Program-made: the position numbers and the translations under genes
Notes under the pieces: model-generated
The model's database searches: none
Told to the model about the DNA's origin: nothing
What the model saw: only the letters and a program-made list of their open reading frames with translations
Shown here: piece by piece, positions 47,291 through 56,915 of the stretch
Layout of the letters: every line of letters starts with the position of its first letter
How positions within the stretch are numbered: the first letter of the stretch is position 1
NCBI GenBank assembly: GCA_964630875.1
Contig: CAZVXF010000004.1
Coordinates: 873 to 64,872, forward strand
DNA length: 64,000 bases
Direction of reading: 5' to 3'
From: an uncultured bacterium
GTDB lineage: Bacteria > Chlamydiota > Chlamydiia > Chlamydiales > SM23-39

Positions 47291-48028
47291 ATGACAACTC
47301 CAAATTCAACAATGCCATCATCGAGGCCCTGGGTAAATGCGACTACAACAGCAGTACTTGCTTATTCCCTTGCGCCTAATGCAATGGGTTTATTTCCGCG
47401 CAACGCTGCGGCAGCAACAGCAGCTGTTGCTGTTTTGAATCTTCCAGAAGAAGGGCAAACGTATGCACGTTTGGGAAATTCTGTGTTCGGAGGAACAGCT
47501 CTTGCTTGGAAACTCTCTTCATCCGATACATCCGCTAAATCTTTCATGATTTCTGCTGGGCTCGCCAGTTCAGCGATCTTTCTATTCCAGAACTTTTTTG
47601 AACAGATCTTCGACACAAGAGCACAAGCACCTCAAGCAGTCCCGACAACTCAAACTGTAGTTGTGCTACCAGTACCACAAAATGTGCATATGGCTCAGAA
47701 TCCAATTCCGTTTAGGCCACAAACGCAAGGTCCTCAATCCGTCGCTCAGACAGCGTATACGCAACAGCGAGTACCAGTAGGCGTACCAACTGCACAAACT
47801 GTGCAAGGGCATGCGAATCCTACGCAGGGTTTGCCACAAACACCACGTCATCCAACCGTCGCTCAAACAGCGTCTATGCAACAGCGAGTACCAGTAGGCG
47901 TACCAACTACACAAACTGTGCAGGTGCCTGTGAATCCCCTGCAGGGTAGGCCTCAAACGCAAGGTCCTCAATCCGTCGCTCAGACAGCGTCTATGCAACA
48001 ACGAGATCAAGTAGGCAGCCGTGCTTGA
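47291..48028 (+). CDS. hypothetical protein with 39-aa tandem repeats containing QQRVPVGVPT
   Basis: The DNA period is 117 bp (gtcgctca[g/a]acagcg at 47741, 47858 and 47975). The protein unit is VAQTA.(M/T)QQRVPVGVPT.QTVQ..(A/V)NP.QG.PQT... Confidence 0.5.
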   Translation: MTTPNSTMPSSRPWVNATTTAVLAYSLAPNAMGLFPRNAAAATAAVAVLNLPEEGQTYARLGNSVFGGTALAWKLSSSDTSAKSFMISAGLASSAIFLFQNFFEQIFDTRAQAPQAVPTTQTVVVLPVPQNVHMAQNPIPFRPQTQGPQSVAQTAYTQQRVPVGVPTAQTVQGHANPTQGLPQTPRHPTVAQTASMQQRVPVGVPTTQTVQVPVNPLQGRPQTQGPQSVAQTASMQQRDQVGSRA

Positions 48029-49124
48029 TCGAATTTGGGAATCTTTTGTTAACGTCTTAATGAGCATTTTCTTGCCGCTGATTTGCGTTTATCAGTCGAT
48101 CTGTGGGAATCTGTTTTTGAATGTTTCTGTACATGATGCTAAGGGACTTGAGAAATTGGGCGATACTTTTTTAATTCCTTTCCAGTATCTCTTTGCAGGT
48201 CAAGAAGCTTACCAAAGAGAGGATGGATCCTGGGAATTGATACAAAAATTTCGGTACGACAAAAATCTAGCCACATACTCTGTTGCGAGTATTTTTTCCT
48301 TACCCTTGAGTTTGGCTATCGGAAGCTCTCTGAAAGGGCTGAGTTATCTCAATTCAGAACGAAGAGAAACATATCATTCTTTAGTAGCGCATCTACAATC
48401 GACCGATATTCGCTCAAATCATGACTTTTATCGAAAAATCGGTATGCAAATTGGCGATACAAAAACAGCTCCCGGCATCGCATGTCAAGGTTTTGAAAGA
48501 AGACCTGGCGATGAAAATCACTTACAGATTGCAAAACTAGCTTTGCGCGAGATTGCAGAAGTATTAAATGATGCAGAGATCCCTTGGTGGGTTGATTGCG
48601 GGACACTGCTAGGTGCTTATCGTTATGGTGGTGTAATTCCTTGGGATAATGATATTGATGTCGCATTATTGCTGCCCGACTTTGAAAATGCGCGGAGAGC
48701 TTTTAATCGACTAAATCCTGAGAAATATATGGTTCAAGACTGGTCGGGACGCGATTTTCCAAAAACTTTCTTTAAAATATATATCCGAGAAACAGGTGAC
48801 ATGATCGATATTTATTTTTATGATATCGACGCCAAAAAACAGCAATGTAGCTATATTTTCTCAATGGATCGGTGCATTTTTTTCTTTGATTGGTGGAAAA
48901 CAAGGGAAAGACGCTTCACAGTTCCGGTTGCTTTCGAGCATATTTTCCCATTGAAAAAGGCAGAATTTGATGGCATTGATGTCTATGTTCCAAACAATCC
49001 GACCGCTTTTCTACAAAGATACTATGGGGAAAATCTAGATCCTGTTAAAGTATATGACTCCATCACAAACCGATACGAGAAAGATTTAAGCCATCCCTAT
49101 TGGCAGAATGCTTACGCACATTAA
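48021..49124 (+). CDS. LicD-family phosphotransferase (fukutin/LicD nucleotidyltransferase fold)
   Basis: WWVDCGTLLGAYRYGGVIPWDNDIDVAL is the LicD core (GTLLGA.R..G.IPWDDDID). N-terminal TM helix. GTG start overlaps the upstream stop. Confidence 0.8.
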   Translation: MLDRIWESFVNVLMSIFLPLICVYQSICGNLFLNVSVHDAKGLEKLGDTFLIPFQYLFAGQEAYQREDGSWELIQKFRYDKNLATYSVASIFSLPLSLAIGSSLKGLSYLNSERRETYHSLVAHLQSTDIRSNHDFYRKIGMQIGDTKTAPGIACQGFERRPGDENHLQIAKLALREIAEVLNDAEIPWWVDCGTLLGAYRYGGVIPWDNDIDVALLLPDFENARRAFNRLNPEKYMVQDWSGRDFPKTFFKIYIRETGDMIDIYFYDIDAKKQQCSYIFSMDRCIFFFDWWKTRERRFTVPVAFEHIFPLKKAEFDGIDVYVPNNPTAFLQRYYGENLDPVKVYDSITNRYEKDLSHPYWQNAYAH

Positions 49125-49127
49125 CCT

Positions 49128-50534
49128 ATGGCAAAATCTAAAACTCGTCTATTAACCGCTTCTACAATTGCTTTTATCAATTTAGCCGCGATATGTAATA
49201 TAAAAAATTTTCCTTTATTTGCTGAATTTGGACTTTCTGTCATTGCACTGTTGGCGCTTGCAGCCATTATCTTTTTTATTCCCGCAGCTTTTGTTTCGGC
49301 GGAACTCGCGTCGGGTTGGCCTGATCGCGGTGTTTATACTTGGGTGAGAGAAGCTTTAGGCCCACGAATGGGCTTTGTCGCTGTCTGGTTACAATGGATT
49401 GAGAATGTCATTTACTATCCAACAATTCTCACCTTTATTGCGACAGCGGTTGCATATATTTTTGATCCAGCACTTGCAACAAATAAAACTTTTTTGATCA
49501 CGACTATCCTCACCACTTTCTGGATTGCGACTCTGATCAATTTCCTTGGAATGCGAATTTCGGGATTAATCAGTGTAATTACGGCTCTTTTGGGAACCGT
49601 GGTGCCAGTTGTGTTAATTACGCTTTTATCATTGGGTTGGTTGATGAAGGGGCTTCCCTCTCAAATCTCTTTTCAATGGAATGCGATGGCTCCCGATCTT
49701 CGTTCACTCAAAGACCTTGTCCTTTTTACCGGGATTTTATTTGGTCTTGCTGGCGTTGAAATGTCTGCTGTCCATGCAAAAAATGTCGAAAACCCAAAAG
49801 TTGCCTACCCTAAAGGAATATTTTTATCCGCGATTCTGATTTTAGGTTTTTCAACAATTGGAGCCCTTGCAATTGGCGTGATTGTTCCCACGCACGAGAT
49901 CCAGCTTGCCTCCGGCGCAATGGAAGCATTTCGTTATCTGTTAGATGCTTACAATCTCTCATGGACAATGCCGATCGTTGCAGCAATCGTATCATTTGGA
50001 GCCCTTGGAATGCTCAGCACTTGGATTGTCGGTCCAAGTCGCAGTCTTTTTGCGACAGCAATGCATGGCGATCTACCTCCGTTCTTTCATAAAGAAAATC
50101 AACGAGGGATGCCGGTTGGGATATTAATTGCTCAAGGAATCATTGTTACGATTCTTTCTTTAATATTCTTGTTTATGCCAACAGTGACAAGCTCCTACTG
50201 GATCCTTCTATCTCTTGCAGCGCTTCTCTATCAACTCATGTATGTATTGATGTTTATCGCAGCGATTGTGCTACGTTATAAATATCCAAAAGTTGAACGA
50301 ATGTATCGGATTCCTTTTGGCAACATCGGAATGTGGGTTGTAGGAGTGATTGGTGTTCTCGGTTCTCTTTTTGGCTTCATTCTTTGCTTTATTCCTCCTA
50401 GCCAGTTTGAAACAGGCGATCTCCTGTTTTTTGAATCATTTTTGATGATTTCATGCATTATTTTTTGCGCCCTCCCAATTCTCATTTACCATCTTCGTAA
50501 ACCTTCATGGCATCTGAAAAATGACAAAGACTAG
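49128..50534 (+). CDS. APC-superfamily amino acid permease/antiporter (GadC/YjeM-like)
   Basis: About 12 TM segments. The N-terminal ...AELASGWPDRGVYTWVREALGPRMGF... pattern is typical of APC transporters. Confidence 0.85.
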   Translation: MAKSKTRLLTASTIAFINLAAICNIKNFPLFAEFGLSVIALLALAAIIFFIPAAFVSAELASGWPDRGVYTWVREALGPRMGFVAVWLQWIENVIYYPTILTFIATAVAYIFDPALATNKTFLITTILTTFWIATLINFLGMRISGLISVITALLGTVVPVVLITLLSLGWLMKGLPSQISFQWNAMAPDLRSLKDLVLFTGILFGLAGVEMSAVHAKNVENPKVAYPKGIFLSAILILGFSTIGALAIGVIVPTHEIQLASGAMEAFRYLLDAYNLSWTMPIVAAIVSFGALGMLSTWIVGPSRSLFATAMHGDLPPFFHKENQRGMPVGILIAQGIIVTILSLIFLFMPTVTSSYWILLSLAALLYQLMYVLMFIAAIVLRYKYPKVERMYRIPFGNIGMWVVGVIGVLGSLFGFILCFIPPSQFETGDLLFFESFLMISCIIFCALPILIYHLRKPSWHLKNDKD

Positions 50535-51270
50535 TTGGGAAAACTCTGAAGAATGGTACAACCGTTGTGTCGGAGAAAAAGGACATTATTACCACGAATC
50601 TGTCATTCTTAAAGGAGCCTTACGTTTACTTGATCTAAAGGCAGGAAATCACCTTCTTGATCTTGGTTGCGGTCAGGGAGTCTTCGAGCGCCAGCTTCCA
50701 AAGACAATTCAATATACAGGAATCGACAGCTCTCAATCCTTACTCGCCGCTGCCAAAAAGATGTCCTCAAGGGATTTCATGTTAGCAGATGCCTGCTCTC
50801 CCCTTCCTTTAAGGAATCAAAAATTTGACGCTGCCTGCTTTATCCTCTCTCTACAAAACATGGAATTTCCAGAACAGGCAATTGAACAAGCAGCTCAACA
50901 CCTAAAACCCAATGGCAAACTTCTTCTCGTTCTCAATCACCCTTGTTTTCGTATCCCGCGACAAAGCAATTGGGGTGTTGATGAGAAAATGCATTTGCAA
51001 TACAGACGTATGAATGTTTACATGTCTCCTCAAAAAATTCCAATCCAAACAGCCCCAAGTCGCGCCTCTGAATCCGCGACCACATTTTCCTTCCATCATC
51101 CTCTCTCTTTTTACGTCTCCGCGCTTTCAAAAAATCATTGTACTGTCACGTGCCTCGAAGAATGGTGTTCAGACAAAAAAAGTGTTGGTGGGAAGGCTAA
51201 AATGGAGGATAAAGCGCGCAAAGAGTTTCCCTTATTTCTTGCAATTGTGGCAAAATTATCACCTCCTTAA
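50521..51270 (+). CDS. class I SAM-dependent methyltransferase
   Basis: LLDLGCGQG motif I and LKPNGKLLLV post-II motif. It overlaps the permease stop by 14 nt. Confidence 0.8.
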   Translation: MTKTSWENSEEWYNRCVGEKGHYYHESVILKGALRLLDLKAGNHLLDLGCGQGVFERQLPKTIQYTGIDSSQSLLAAAKKMSSRDFMLADACSPLPLRNQKFDAACFILSLQNMEFPEQAIEQAAQHLKPNGKLLLVLNHPCFRIPRQSNWGVDEKMHLQYRRMNVYMSPQKIPIQTAPSRASESATTFSFHHPLSFYVSALSKNHCTVTCLEEWCSDKKSVGGKAKMEDKARKEFPLFLAIVAKLSPP

Positions 51271-51282
51271 GCAGGAAAATCT

Positions 51283-51669
51283 ATGACTAGTGCGGTACCA
51301 AAAAACACTTTTACTTTTCAAGTTTGTTCCAATGTATGTCCTTATGTAGAAGATCAAACTGTTAAAGACCGAATGTCTGAGATTCTAAAAAATGAGAGGG
51401 AAAAAAGACAAGTTAATCTGTCTAAGAACTCATCAAAACCTATACAAAATTTCCCCCCAACTCGTCCAGCCTCAAGAAGAAATTCAACAGCGCCTGAGCT
51501 TTCGGATCAAGACGAAAAAATCGAAGAGGTGATCTTTAAAAATGGGCGATGGTTTCTTCCAGAGTCAAGGCCTGCGGAAGAAAAAATTGAAACGGTTGTG
51601 TTTTGTCGTCGAAGAACTATAATGGGAAACGATTCCCTAAGCCGGTCTAACAAACACAAACCGAAGTAA
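51283..51669 (+). CDS. hypothetical protein (128 aa), paralogue A of a tandem pair
   Basis: MTSAVPKNTFTFQVCSN...MSEILKN...RPASRRNS. It shares its N-terminus and upstream region with 51744..51983. Confidence 0.45.
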   Translation: MTSAVPKNTFTFQVCSNVCPYVEDQTVKDRMSEILKNEREKRQVNLSKNSSKPIQNFPPTRPASRRNSTAPELSDQDEKIEEVIFKNGRWFLPESRPAEEKIETVVFCRRRTIMGNDSLSRSNKHKPK

Positions 51670-51743
51670 CCTATGCAGATAAAGCGCGCCCCTTATTTCT
51701 TGCAATTGTGGCAAAATTATCCCCTATTTAAGCAGGAGAATCT

Positions 51744-51983
51744 ATGACTAGTGCTGTACAAAAAAACACTTTTACTTCTCAAGTTTGTTCCAATGGATCT
51801 CTTGATGTAAAAGACCAAGCTCCCGAAGCTCAGATGTCAGAGATTCTAAAAATTCAAAGGAACGTAGAAATAGGTGATCCTGATCTATCTCACCTAATTC
51901 GTCCAGCCACAAGAAGAAATGCAGAAGCAACAGGGGGTTTGGGTCTAGAGATGATAGAGTCGAAATTACATGGGGGCAATTGA
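51744..51983 (+). CDS. hypothetical protein (79 aa), shorter paralogue B
   Basis: MTSAVQKNTFTSQVCSN...MSEILKI...RPATRRNA. Its 3' end overlaps the ABC-F ORF. It may be decaying. Confidence 0.35.
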   Translation: MTSAVQKNTFTSQVCSNGSLDVKDQAPEAQMSEILKIQRNVEIGDPDLSHLIRPATRRNAEATGGLGLEMIESKLHGGN

Positions 51984-51990
51984 TTCGGCA

Positions 51991-53712
51991 ATGATTCAAT
52001 TTGATGATGTCAGTCTTTCTTTTGCAGGCAAACCGCTTTTCTCAGGAGCTTCTTTCACGCTTCAGAAAGGAGAGCGCTGCGCGCTTGTGGGCCGCAATGG
52101 GTCGGGAAAATCCACCATCTTCCGCATTATTGCTAAGGAAATGGAACCAGATTTTGGTGCTGTCTCGATTCCTCGTGGATATCGAATTGGCTATCTCCAA
52201 CAACATATTCAATTCACAAAACCGACACTTCTTGAAGAAGCAGCACTGGGACTACCACCTGGTGAAGAGGAAATGCTATATAAAGCAGAAAAAATTTTGC
52301 TTGGTCTTGGCTTTACTGTCGATGATTTTGATCGAGCGCCTACAAATTTTTCTGGCGGCTATGCATTGCGACTCCATTTAGCAAAAGTCTTAATCTCTGA
52401 ACCTGATTGTCTTCTTTTGGACGAACCGACGAATTACTTAGATATTCTATCCATTCGATGGCTCGCGCAATTTCTGACACGCTGGAATGGGGAATTTATC
52501 CTGATTTCGCATGACCGCGATTTTCTCGATCAAGTGTGTACGCATACAATGGGACTTCATCGCAACGAGATCAGAAAGTTTAAAGGCAGTACGATTCATT
52601 ATTTCGAAAAAATTGTCATTGAAGAAGAACTCCATGAAAAAACGCGACTGAAGGTCGAGAAAAAAAGAGCACATGCAGAACAATTTGTCGAGCGCTTCGG
52701 CGCAAAAGCAACAAAAGCTGCACAAGCACAATCGCGTCTTAAAATGCTGGAACGAGAACCTGCTCTAGAGAAACTCAACGCCCTTTCAAACTTAGATTTT
52801 TCATTCAATGCAGCACCTTTCTTGGGTGAAAAGATGTTAGAAGCCCAAAATCTTTTCTTTTCCTACACAGAGGAGCCTTTGATTGAAAATGTCTCATTTT
52901 TGATGGGGAGAAAAGAAAGAATTGGAATCATTGGGAAAAACGGCCGCGGTAAATCGACTCTACTTCGCCTTATTCACTCAGAATTAAAGCCAAAAAGTGG
53001 ACATTTATTTACTTCAGAAAATTGCAAAATCGGCTACTTCGGGCAAACACACATCGAACGACTCAAACCAAACCATACGATTGAAGAAGAAATTTCGCTT
53101 GCAAATCCGCTTCTTTCTTTCACGCAAACGAAAGCAATTTCTGGACTCATGATGTTTAGCGGCGATGATTCCCTAAAAACGATGTCGCAACTATCTGGAG
53201 GAGAAAAAAGCCGCGTCTTGCTAGGGAAAATTCTTGCAAAACCATGCAATCTTCTTCTACTTGATGAACCGACGCACCATCTCGACATCGAATCGATCGA
53301 AGCACTCATTGATGCTTTAGAGGATTTTCCAGGCTCTGTAATCATTGTTACACATAGCGAATTGATTTTACGCAGGCTAAATCTGACACAAATTATTTTA
53401 TGTAAGAGCAACGCACAAACGACTTTCCTTGGAAATTACGACGAATTCTTAGAAAAAATTGGCTGGGAAGAGGAAGAAAAAAAGCCAGCTCCTGTAAAAA
53501 AAGCACCTCCTCCTAAAAAATCAAACAATCTTGAACGGGAAATCAAAAAACTGGAAGAGCAAATTAAAACAATCGAAGAACAGCTCTCGAAAAATGTCGT
53601 GCTTTTAAATCAAAATCCCAGATCTCTCGAGCTTTCGAAACAAATCGAACAGCTGCAGAAAACAATCGATCAACTCTATCAAGAACTCGAAGTTCTCTTC
53701 TCAAAAATATAA
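51991..53712 (+). CDS. ABC-F family ATPase (two ABC domains, no TMD; Uup/YheS-like)
   Basis: Two Walker A motifs (GRNGSGKST, GKNGRGKST), two signatures (FSGGYALR, LSGGEKSR), an inter-domain linker and a Lys/Glu coiled-coil tail. I prefer the ATG at 51991 (MIQFDDVSL). Confidence 0.9.
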   Translation: MIQFDDVSLSFAGKPLFSGASFTLQKGERCALVGRNGSGKSTIFRIIAKEMEPDFGAVSIPRGYRIGYLQQHIQFTKPTLLEEAALGLPPGEEEMLYKAEKILLGLGFTVDDFDRAPTNFSGGYALRLHLAKVLISEPDCLLLDEPTNYLDILSIRWLAQFLTRWNGEFILISHDRDFLDQVCTHTMGLHRNEIRKFKGSTIHYFEKIVIEEELHEKTRLKVEKKRAHAEQFVERFGAKATKAAQAQSRLKMLEREPALEKLNALSNLDFSFNAAPFLGEKMLEAQNLFFSYTEEPLIENVSFLMGRKERIGIIGKNGRGKSTLLRLIHSELKPKSGHLFTSENCKIGYFGQTHIERLKPNHTIEEEISLANPLLSFTQTKAISGLMMFSGDDSLKTMSQLSGGEKSRVLLGKILAKPCNLLLLDEPTHHLDIESIEALIDALEDFPGSVIIVTHSELILRRLNLTQIILCKSNAQTTFLGNYDEFLEKIGWEEEEKKPAPVKKAPPPKKSNNLEREIKKLEEQIKTIEEQLSKNVVLLNQNPRSLELSKQIEQLQKTIDQLYQELEVLFSKI

Positions 53713-53783
53713 GTCAGTTTGCAGAAAATTTACAAAACTTGTTTATCTTGCAACACATTTTCTGATATAACCTCGAGACAGAT

Positions 53784-55598
53784 ATGTGTGGAATTTTTGG
53801 TTACGTTGGGAAAAAGAATCCGATCAATATTTGTATGCAAGGTTTATTGCATCTCGAATATCGAGGCTATGATTCTACGGGAATCGGAGGAATCCACAAT
53901 GGGAAGATTGAAATTTGTAAGAGTGAAGGAAAGCTTTCGAATCTGAAAAAAAAGCTCGACCTTCCAATGCTCGAACTTGCCATTGCACATACGCGGTGGG
54001 CAACGCATGGAAAAGTAAATACAGCAAATGCACATCCTCTTGTTGATGCAAGTGGATCGATTGCTCTCATTCATAATGGCATTATTGAAAATTATCAAGA
54101 ACTCAAAGAGAATTTGATCAAAGAAGGAATTTCTTTTTCTTCAGAAACAGACTCTGAAGTCGTTGTGAATCTCATTGCGAAATTCTACAAAGGCGATTTA
54201 GTTCAGGCAATTCATAAAGCGCTTGGATTACTCAAAGGAATCTTCGCTTTGCTTGTGATCCACAAGGATCACCCGAAAGAGATCATTGCAACAGCACAAG
54301 ATTGCCCTTTATCGATTGGTTGCAATGTAGATAAAAGCGAATCGATGATCTCTTCAGATCCAAACACTTTTCAAGGTGATAGTTTCGATATTTTATTCTT
54401 AAAAGAGAAAGAAATTGCTCGCGTAACTTCTGGTTGTGTAGAAATTTTTGATCAGCAACTGAAAAGCATCAGTAAACGCAGCGAAAGGCTCGAAATCGAA
54501 CAACAAACTCCTTCTAAAGAGGGTTTTGAGCATTTCATGCTGAAAGAAATTTTCGAACAACCAACAACGATTCGAAAGGCTCTTTTAGGAAGATTTAATC
54601 TTGGCATTTTCTTTGAAGAACTAAAGCTAACAAATGAATATCTGAAAGGTGTAGAAAGCCTTTGGATCTTAGGTTGTGGCACATCCTCTCATGCAGGAGT
54701 TCTCGGTACTTATTTAATGGAAGATCTTGCTCGATTTCCAGCCAGCGTTGAGATCGCTTCTGAAGCGCGATATCGAAATCCAATCCTTTCAAAAAATACA
54801 CTTGTGATCGCAGTCAGCCAATCTGGAGAAACAGCTGATTTAATCGCAGCAACCCGAGAAGCCCAAAAATATGGATGTAAAACATTAGGCATCTGCAACG
54901 TAAAAAATTCGACTCTTGTCAGAGAAGCCGATGGCGTTATTTTTTTAAGAGCAGGTCCTGAAATTAGCGTTTGCTCAACCAAAGCATTTACTGCCCAGTT
55001 AACAGTTTTTATTCTCCTTTCGCTCTATTTTGCCAATTTAAGAAAAGCACAAATCGACATGGGTGCAATCTACAAAGAGCTATTGAATATCCCCGTTCAC
55101 ATTGAACAAATTCTGGATAGAAAAGAAGAAATTCAAAAAATCGCTAAAAAATATGCAAAATATGATGATTTTATTTTTTTAGGGCGCAGATATATGTTGC
55201 CTACAGCTCAGGAATCAGCTCTTAAATTGAAGGAAATCTCTTATGTCAATGCCAATAGCTATGCTGCCGGCGAACTCAAACACGGGCCGATTGCTCTTTT
55301 AGGACCGAATTTCCCAGTCATTGCTTTTTGTGCAAATCGTCAAACAAGAGAAAAAATTGCGAGCAATCTGATGGAAGTGAAAGCAAGGCATGCACCCGTT
55401 TTTGCCATTGCGCCTGAGAATTTCAAAGAAATGGGAACGATTGCAGATGATGTTTTTTATGTGCCACCAACTCTAGATATTCTTGCTCCTTTTAGCTCGG
55501 CAGTTGTTGGACAACTCTTTGCCTATTATCTTGCAAAAGAAAGAGGCTCTGATATTGATCAGCCCAGAAATCTCGCAAAATCGGTCACGGTCGAATGA
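53784..55598 (+). CDS. glmS: glutamine--fructose-6-phosphate aminotransferase
   Basis: MCGIFGY N-terminal nucleophile, two SIS domains (SQSGETADL) and the C-terminal ...NLAKSVTVE. Confidence 0.95.
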   Translation: MCGIFGYVGKKNPINICMQGLLHLEYRGYDSTGIGGIHNGKIEICKSEGKLSNLKKKLDLPMLELAIAHTRWATHGKVNTANAHPLVDASGSIALIHNGIIENYQELKENLIKEGISFSSETDSEVVVNLIAKFYKGDLVQAIHKALGLLKGIFALLVIHKDHPKEIIATAQDCPLSIGCNVDKSESMISSDPNTFQGDSFDILFLKEKEIARVTSGCVEIFDQQLKSISKRSERLEIEQQTPSKEGFEHFMLKEIFEQPTTIRKALLGRFNLGIFFEELKLTNEYLKGVESLWILGCGTSSHAGVLGTYLMEDLARFPASVEIASEARYRNPILSKNTLVIAVSQSGETADLIAATREAQKYGCKTLGICNVKNSTLVREADGVIFLRAGPEISVCSTKAFTAQLTVFILLSLYFANLRKAQIDMGAIYKELLNIPVHIEQILDRKEEIQKIAKKYAKYDDFIFLGRRYMLPTAQESALKLKEISYVNANSYAAGELKHGPIALLGPNFPVIAFCANRQTREKIASNLMEVKARHAPVFAIAPENFKEMGTIADDVFYVPPTLDILAPFSSAVVGQLFAYYLAKERGSDIDQPRNLAKSVTVE

Positions 55599-56884
55599 AA
55601 AAAATCATACTGACTCTATTGATTTTCTGCATCGCAATCATCGTCTTTCTTCCCTCTCTTCTTTCCACATATTATGGAAAATTTTTTCTCATTCGATTCT
55701 TAGAAAGCCGTTTGCATGGGAACGTTTCCATCGAAGAAGTTCATCTTTCCTGGAGCGGCCCTCAAGTTTTTAACAATGCCTCTGTAGCCAGTCCTGAAAT
55801 GATTGGGACCATTCGTCATTTCGAATCCCCTGCCCCCTTTTGGAAACTGCGAGAAATGAAGACAACCTTTCAAATCCAAGGCGGTACGTTTACATTTCCT
55901 ACATACAGTGCTCAGATCATTCAAACTGATGCGAAGATCCAAGGAAATATCATACAGGCAAATGCAGCAACTCCGCAGGGCGGATCGTTAAATATTCAAG
56001 GAACATATCTCTCGAAAGACCATTTTAATGGCACAGTTAAATTGCATGAAATTCCCACTATTTTCATTGCGAAACTCTTAAAGGCGGATATTCTCCCGAT
56101 CGTTCTTGGACCGACAGTGAACCTCAACGGAACTTTCTCTCAGGGAACGCTCTCCATACATTTCTCGTCCCCACTCGCAGGTGCATCAATCAATGCAGGA
56201 ATCACGAACAACAAAGTCTCTCTGACAGAACCCATCCGAGCAACACTTCAACTCACTGATGATTTCAGAAACGAACTTTTAAAGCATATCAGTCCTAGCA
56301 TGCTCACAGATTTCAGCCTAAAAAATCCCGTTACACTGTACATTCCTTCCGGAAGTTTTCGGCTTCCATTTTCTCATCTTGAAATCACAAATGCAGAACT
56401 CAATTTAGGGCAGGCGCGCCTAAGAAGTGGAGAAACATTACGATCGACACTCTCGATCTTTAAAAAAATTGGAAAGAGATTTGATATCTGGTTTACACCG
56501 ATCACGTTTAGCATTCAAGGAAACGCGTTGCATTTGGAGCGATTCGATGCGCTTCTTGACCAATCTGTCCACTTATGTGCTTGGGGAGAGCTCCGCAATC
56601 ATAAAGTACGTATGATGCTTGGAATTCCATCAGACACGATCAAGAGCTCATTTGGGATCCAAACACTCTCTTCAAACTATGTGTTAACAATTCCAGTGCA
56701 CGGCACGCTGCAACACCCGAAGTTTGACACTGGGCCTGCCATCGCAAAAATAGCAGCCATGAGTGCATCAAAAGAGATCCCCTCGAAAGCAGGGAAAATA
56801 TTCGGTGGAGCCCTCAACCTTTTCACACAAGCGCAAGGAGAAGATGATATTCCTCCTCCTAAAAGACCCTTCCCTTGGGAATAG
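55595..56884 (+). CDS. hypothetical membrane-anchored protein (possibly AsmA/TamB-like N-terminus)
   Basis: A single N-terminal TM (ILTLLIFCIAIIVFLPSLL) is followed by a beta-rich sequence. Its start overlaps the glmS stop. The family assignment is weak. Confidence 0.5.
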   Translation: MKKIILTLLIFCIAIIVFLPSLLSTYYGKFFLIRFLESRLHGNVSIEEVHLSWSGPQVFNNASVASPEMIGTIRHFESPAPFWKLREMKTTFQIQGGTFTFPTYSAQIIQTDAKIQGNIIQANAATPQGGSLNIQGTYLSKDHFNGTVKLHEIPTIFIAKLLKADILPIVLGPTVNLNGTFSQGTLSIHFSSPLAGASINAGITNNKVSLTEPIRATLQLTDDFRNELLKHISPSMLTDFSLKNPVTLYIPSGSFRLPFSHLEITNAELNLGQARLRSGETLRSTLSIFKKIGKRFDIWFTPITFSIQGNALHLERFDALLDQSVHLCAWGELRNHKVRMMLGIPSDTIKSSFGIQTLSSNYVLTIPVHGTLQHPKFDTGPAIAKIAAMSASKEIPSKAGKIFGGALNLFTQAQGEDDIPPPKRPFPWE

Positions 56885-56915
56885 TTCCACGAACCTTCCG
56901 GCGTTTGTTCTTATA

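Noticed and set aside
47666-48067. 133-aa antisense ORF across the 117-bp tandem repeats
   Set aside because: It is a repeat-driven mirror ORF. The plus-strand frame is embedded in a co-directional, overlapping gene array.
53713-53783. Possible glmS ribozyme or leader upstream of glmS
   Set aside because: The intergenic region is only 71 bp and AT-rich, too short for the ribozyme fold, and no conserved core was recognised.
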